Below, one piece after another: positions 60,928 to 63,984 of a DNA stretch of 63,984 nt (its first letter is position 1; each line of letters opens with the position of its first letter). The notes beneath the pieces were generated by a model. It saw only the letters and a list, made by a program, of their open reading frames with translations. It was not told the DNA's origin and made no database searches. The stretch covers positions 1,555,554 to 1,619,537 of the forward strand of contig CM119266.1 of the NCBI GenBank assembly GCA_051294375.1, given 5' to 3'. Source of the stretch: Paraspadella gotoi. Taxonomy: Eukaryota > Animalia > Chaetognatha. A program made the translations under genes and the position numbers.

Positions 60928-63341
60928 ATGCCGCAGGACAATCGGCCTCCGCTTCCGTCTTACGATCTTCTCTTTCCTCAAACTCCGTCAGCGGACAGCG
61001 ACACCGCTTCCAATTCTACGTCCGCTTCCAATTCTACGTCCGCTTCCACTTCTACGTCCGCTTCAAATCCAGGATTTCTCGGCTCCCGTTCCATCTCGTC
61101 TTCCGGCGTCGTCATCGACTTTGGTTCCGGTTCCACTTTGTCCTCTTTTCCCGATTCCGTCTCGAAGAAGAATTTGGATTTCGGCGCCGATTTCGTTGCA
61201 GACGTTGGATCCAATCCTGACGTTGCGATGCGAGAGAGAAACATTGATGAGAAAAGAGAGACGAGCCGACACGTCGCCTACAACAACAACAACAACAACA
61301 ACAGCGATATCAACAAGAGCAATGAGGCCGCCAACGACATCAGCAACGTCAGCAGCATCAGCAACGAGGATTGCGACGACATCGCCAACTCTTCCATCAG
61401 CGTCAGAGAGCGAGCGATGAAATTGGACGCGATCGAATCGGAATCTGAGTCACGTCCGCCGCAGCCGAGTCCTCACCACGGCAGCTTCGTCTCGACGGGA
61501 TCCGCGGGTAAGTTCAGTTATCGCCACTATTTTTAGAAAATGCTCCAATTCTTACAAAATTCTCTGGGTAAATTTCCTTTCTTTTCGTTGTTGATTAATT
61601 AATGTACGAAGAGTTTTTGTTTCTTTTACAGTCTTCATCGGCGCAAATCAAATTCGCTGATGAAATTAGTCGAAACTGTCCGTATACAATAATAAATATC
61701 GTTGTAAAAGAAACAAAAACTCTTCTACTTTGTACATAAACAATTCTTAAAATAATCCATTACGCGAACCCTTAACTTAACTTTCAAATTGAAATGGGCC
61801 GCTTTTGGATAACTGTTTCTGTGATTGTTTACAAGATTAATAATTATAACATTGGTTGGTTGAGTTTGTTTTATTTTTTCATTCATTCATTCATTCATTC
61901 ATTAATCATCCACATGGGCCTTGTTATACGTACTTTGTTGTACATTCTTTAAAATGTATTTTTATAATGTGAATCGGTATGACTTTAATGTTTACCCGCC
62001 ACACTCTCCATCTCTCCCATCTTTTAATCCAGGCTCTTTCAGCGAGTGGAGGAAGCCCTCCCGCAAGTCGACGATCTCCTCCAAGGTCGGTGGCGCCGGA
62101 TCTTCACCGACGCAGCCGTCGCACCTGACGCCGTCGACAAGGCGGTGGATGGTGGCGGCGGCGAAAGCGGAGTATCACCCTCTGGCCAAGATGCTCGCGA
62201 ACGACGGGCGGTTGGCAACCTTCAAGGACATCGTCAACGGATACACCGCGTTGCACTGGGCCGCCAAGGAGGGACAGGTTGATAATAAGGGTTTTATGTA
62301 TCTGCGCTTGGCCGAAAAGGAAAGGATCGGTTGATGATTTCAAATGCGCGAAGTGCTCAACTCTCAATTCCCCTCCAAGGTCGACGTTGTCAAGCTCCTC
62401 ATGGGCTTTGGCGCAGAAGTTGACGCTCGGAGCAACGGTGGCTACACTGCCTTGCATCTGGCGTCGATGCATCGTCATTCGCAGGTGCGATACAATCTAC
62501 GATTCCCTCTTGACATCTTGCTCTGCTTGTGCTTTTATCATCTTTAAATCTCTCTCTCTTTCTCTCTTTCTCTCTTTCTCTCTTTCTCTCTTTCTCTCTT
62601 TCTCTCTCTCTCGCCCCAAAGGTTGCGCGCCTTCTCATAGAGGTTTACCACGCGAACGAAAACGCTCGCGACTTCGCCGGTCGTCGTCCCCGCGACTACG
62701 GCGTCGAAAGTGAACACAAAGACGACGAAAATTCCGACAAATTGGGAGGTAGGCTTAGAATGACTTATCGAAACTGTTGGTATATTTTAATCCACTATAG
62801 TTGATTCTTTCCGCGAAATTAATACTTATTTCATATTAATCCTTATTTAACTAATACAACTCTCGTCAAGTTTATACTTAATCCCTACCCCGCAGTGGCG
62901 CGCGGCGGCTCCCAGCGCTCCTCGTGGCGAAAATTCGCGTCGAAATCCGAAGAAAAACAAGAGACAAACGGAAAGAAATTGTCGTCGTGGCGATCCAAAT
63001 CCGACGGGCATTTCAAGCAGTATCAGCAGCAGCAAAAGCGGGAGCAAGAGCGAATCAAACAGCAGCAAGAGCAGGAGGCCCAACTGCGTAAGATGCAGCT
63101 GCAGCGAATGAAGGACCTGCAGCAGCATCACCGGCAATCGATCAAAGAACAGCAAAATCAGCAAAGGCTGAAGGAACAACAGCAACAGCATCAGAGACTG
63201 AAGGAACACCAGAAACAGCATCAATGGCAGGATACGCGGCAGGAAGAGCAGCAGCACGCGAGGTCGGCGCCGAAGAAATCGCCGATGAAGGCTTTCGAGG
63301 AAGCTGAGTTTCAGAGAACCACACAGATTACTTTCGTTTGA
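60928..63341 (+). CDS. SOWAH: Sosondowah (SOWAH)-family ankyrin repeat protein with Gln-rich C-terminus
   Basis: SVRERAMKL; LTP.TRRWMVAAAK..LATFKDIVNGYTALHWAAKEG; VDARSNGGYTALHLA; YHANENARDFAGRRPRDY. Confidence 0.8.
61603..61735 (+). mobile_element. Penelope pLTR-like remnant with degenerate hammerhead core and inverted flanks
   Basis: cg CTGATGA a attagtc GAAA C.TG TC cgtat, with flanks resembling those of the 29038 motif; gaagagtttttgtttcttttaca is inverted at ~61703-61726. Confidence 0.5.
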
Positions 63342-63984
63342 TTGGAGACTCAGATTTTAATATATGCATTATTTTAAATTTGTAATTGTTATAATTTGAT
63401 TTCCTCAATCTTTTTCATCGATTAGATAGACGATTTAGATCTAATTAGACATCTAAGGGATCTTAGCCTTATGATAATACATATACTTATTTATCGATTT
63501 TTTTTCTTTGTTCTTGTTTTCTTGTTCTTGTAATATTCGATGTCTTTTATTATAAAACAAGAATTAAAAGAGAGAAAAAAAAATTGTTCTCGTGAAGCAA
63601 AGAAATTTGTAGTTATTTTCCAAGAGAGAATGAGTTTATTCTCTATAGACAATCCGTTTTCCTTTTTAAAAATAAATGTATTCTCGATTGGCCTCGTTTA
63701 ATCCATCAATTAACTCCATCCGCCGATTTCGCTTTAACTTTTTTACCGCTTCATTCTCTCCCCTCGCTTCTCAAAACGGGCCGTTCTCCCAAAGTCATTA
63801 AATTCTACCGCCGTTCTCCAATGGTCGTTCTCGCCAACCGAACCTCCCGATTCACAAATTATCCCTCGCATATTTTTTAACAAATTTTGACGCTTTCGAT
63901 AAAACTTCGCCGATCGTTAAAAAATCTCCCCTTAAATCATCGGATTGAGGGGCGCGAAATGAGGAGAGCTCTCTCTCTCTCTCT

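Overview
AT-rich, microsatellite-rich, intron-containing DNA from an invertebrate animal (no prokaryotic features, no CRISPR). The consensus has many small indels, even inside tRNAs and conserved exons, so frameshifts are treated as probable sequencing noise rather than pseudogenisation. Genes read by manual splicing, in order: three tandem 2OG-Fe(II) dioxygenases, an atypical SLC6 transporter with an intronic tRNA-iMet, alpha-N-acetylgalactosaminidase (NAGA), a two-exon secreted cystine-knot (knottin) peptide, an SNX9/18/33-like sorting nexin with two SH3 domains, a secreted four-EF-hand protein, a mitochondrial-clan cytochrome P450, a Nedx/lms homeobox gene, tRNA-Lys(TTT) and a SOWAH ankyrin gene. 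The most notable non-genic features are: a complete 687-bp TRIM whose LTRs carry a tRNA-derived Pol III cassette (Ajax-like), inside the knottin intron; a 3.2-kb non-coding LTR element whose primer-binding site is complementary to its own LTR (self-priming signature), inside a Nedx intron; minimal Penelope-type hammerhead ribozyme motifs; and several MITE/HINE families. Family assignments rest on recalled motifs, not database searches, and multi-exon gene ends are approximate.
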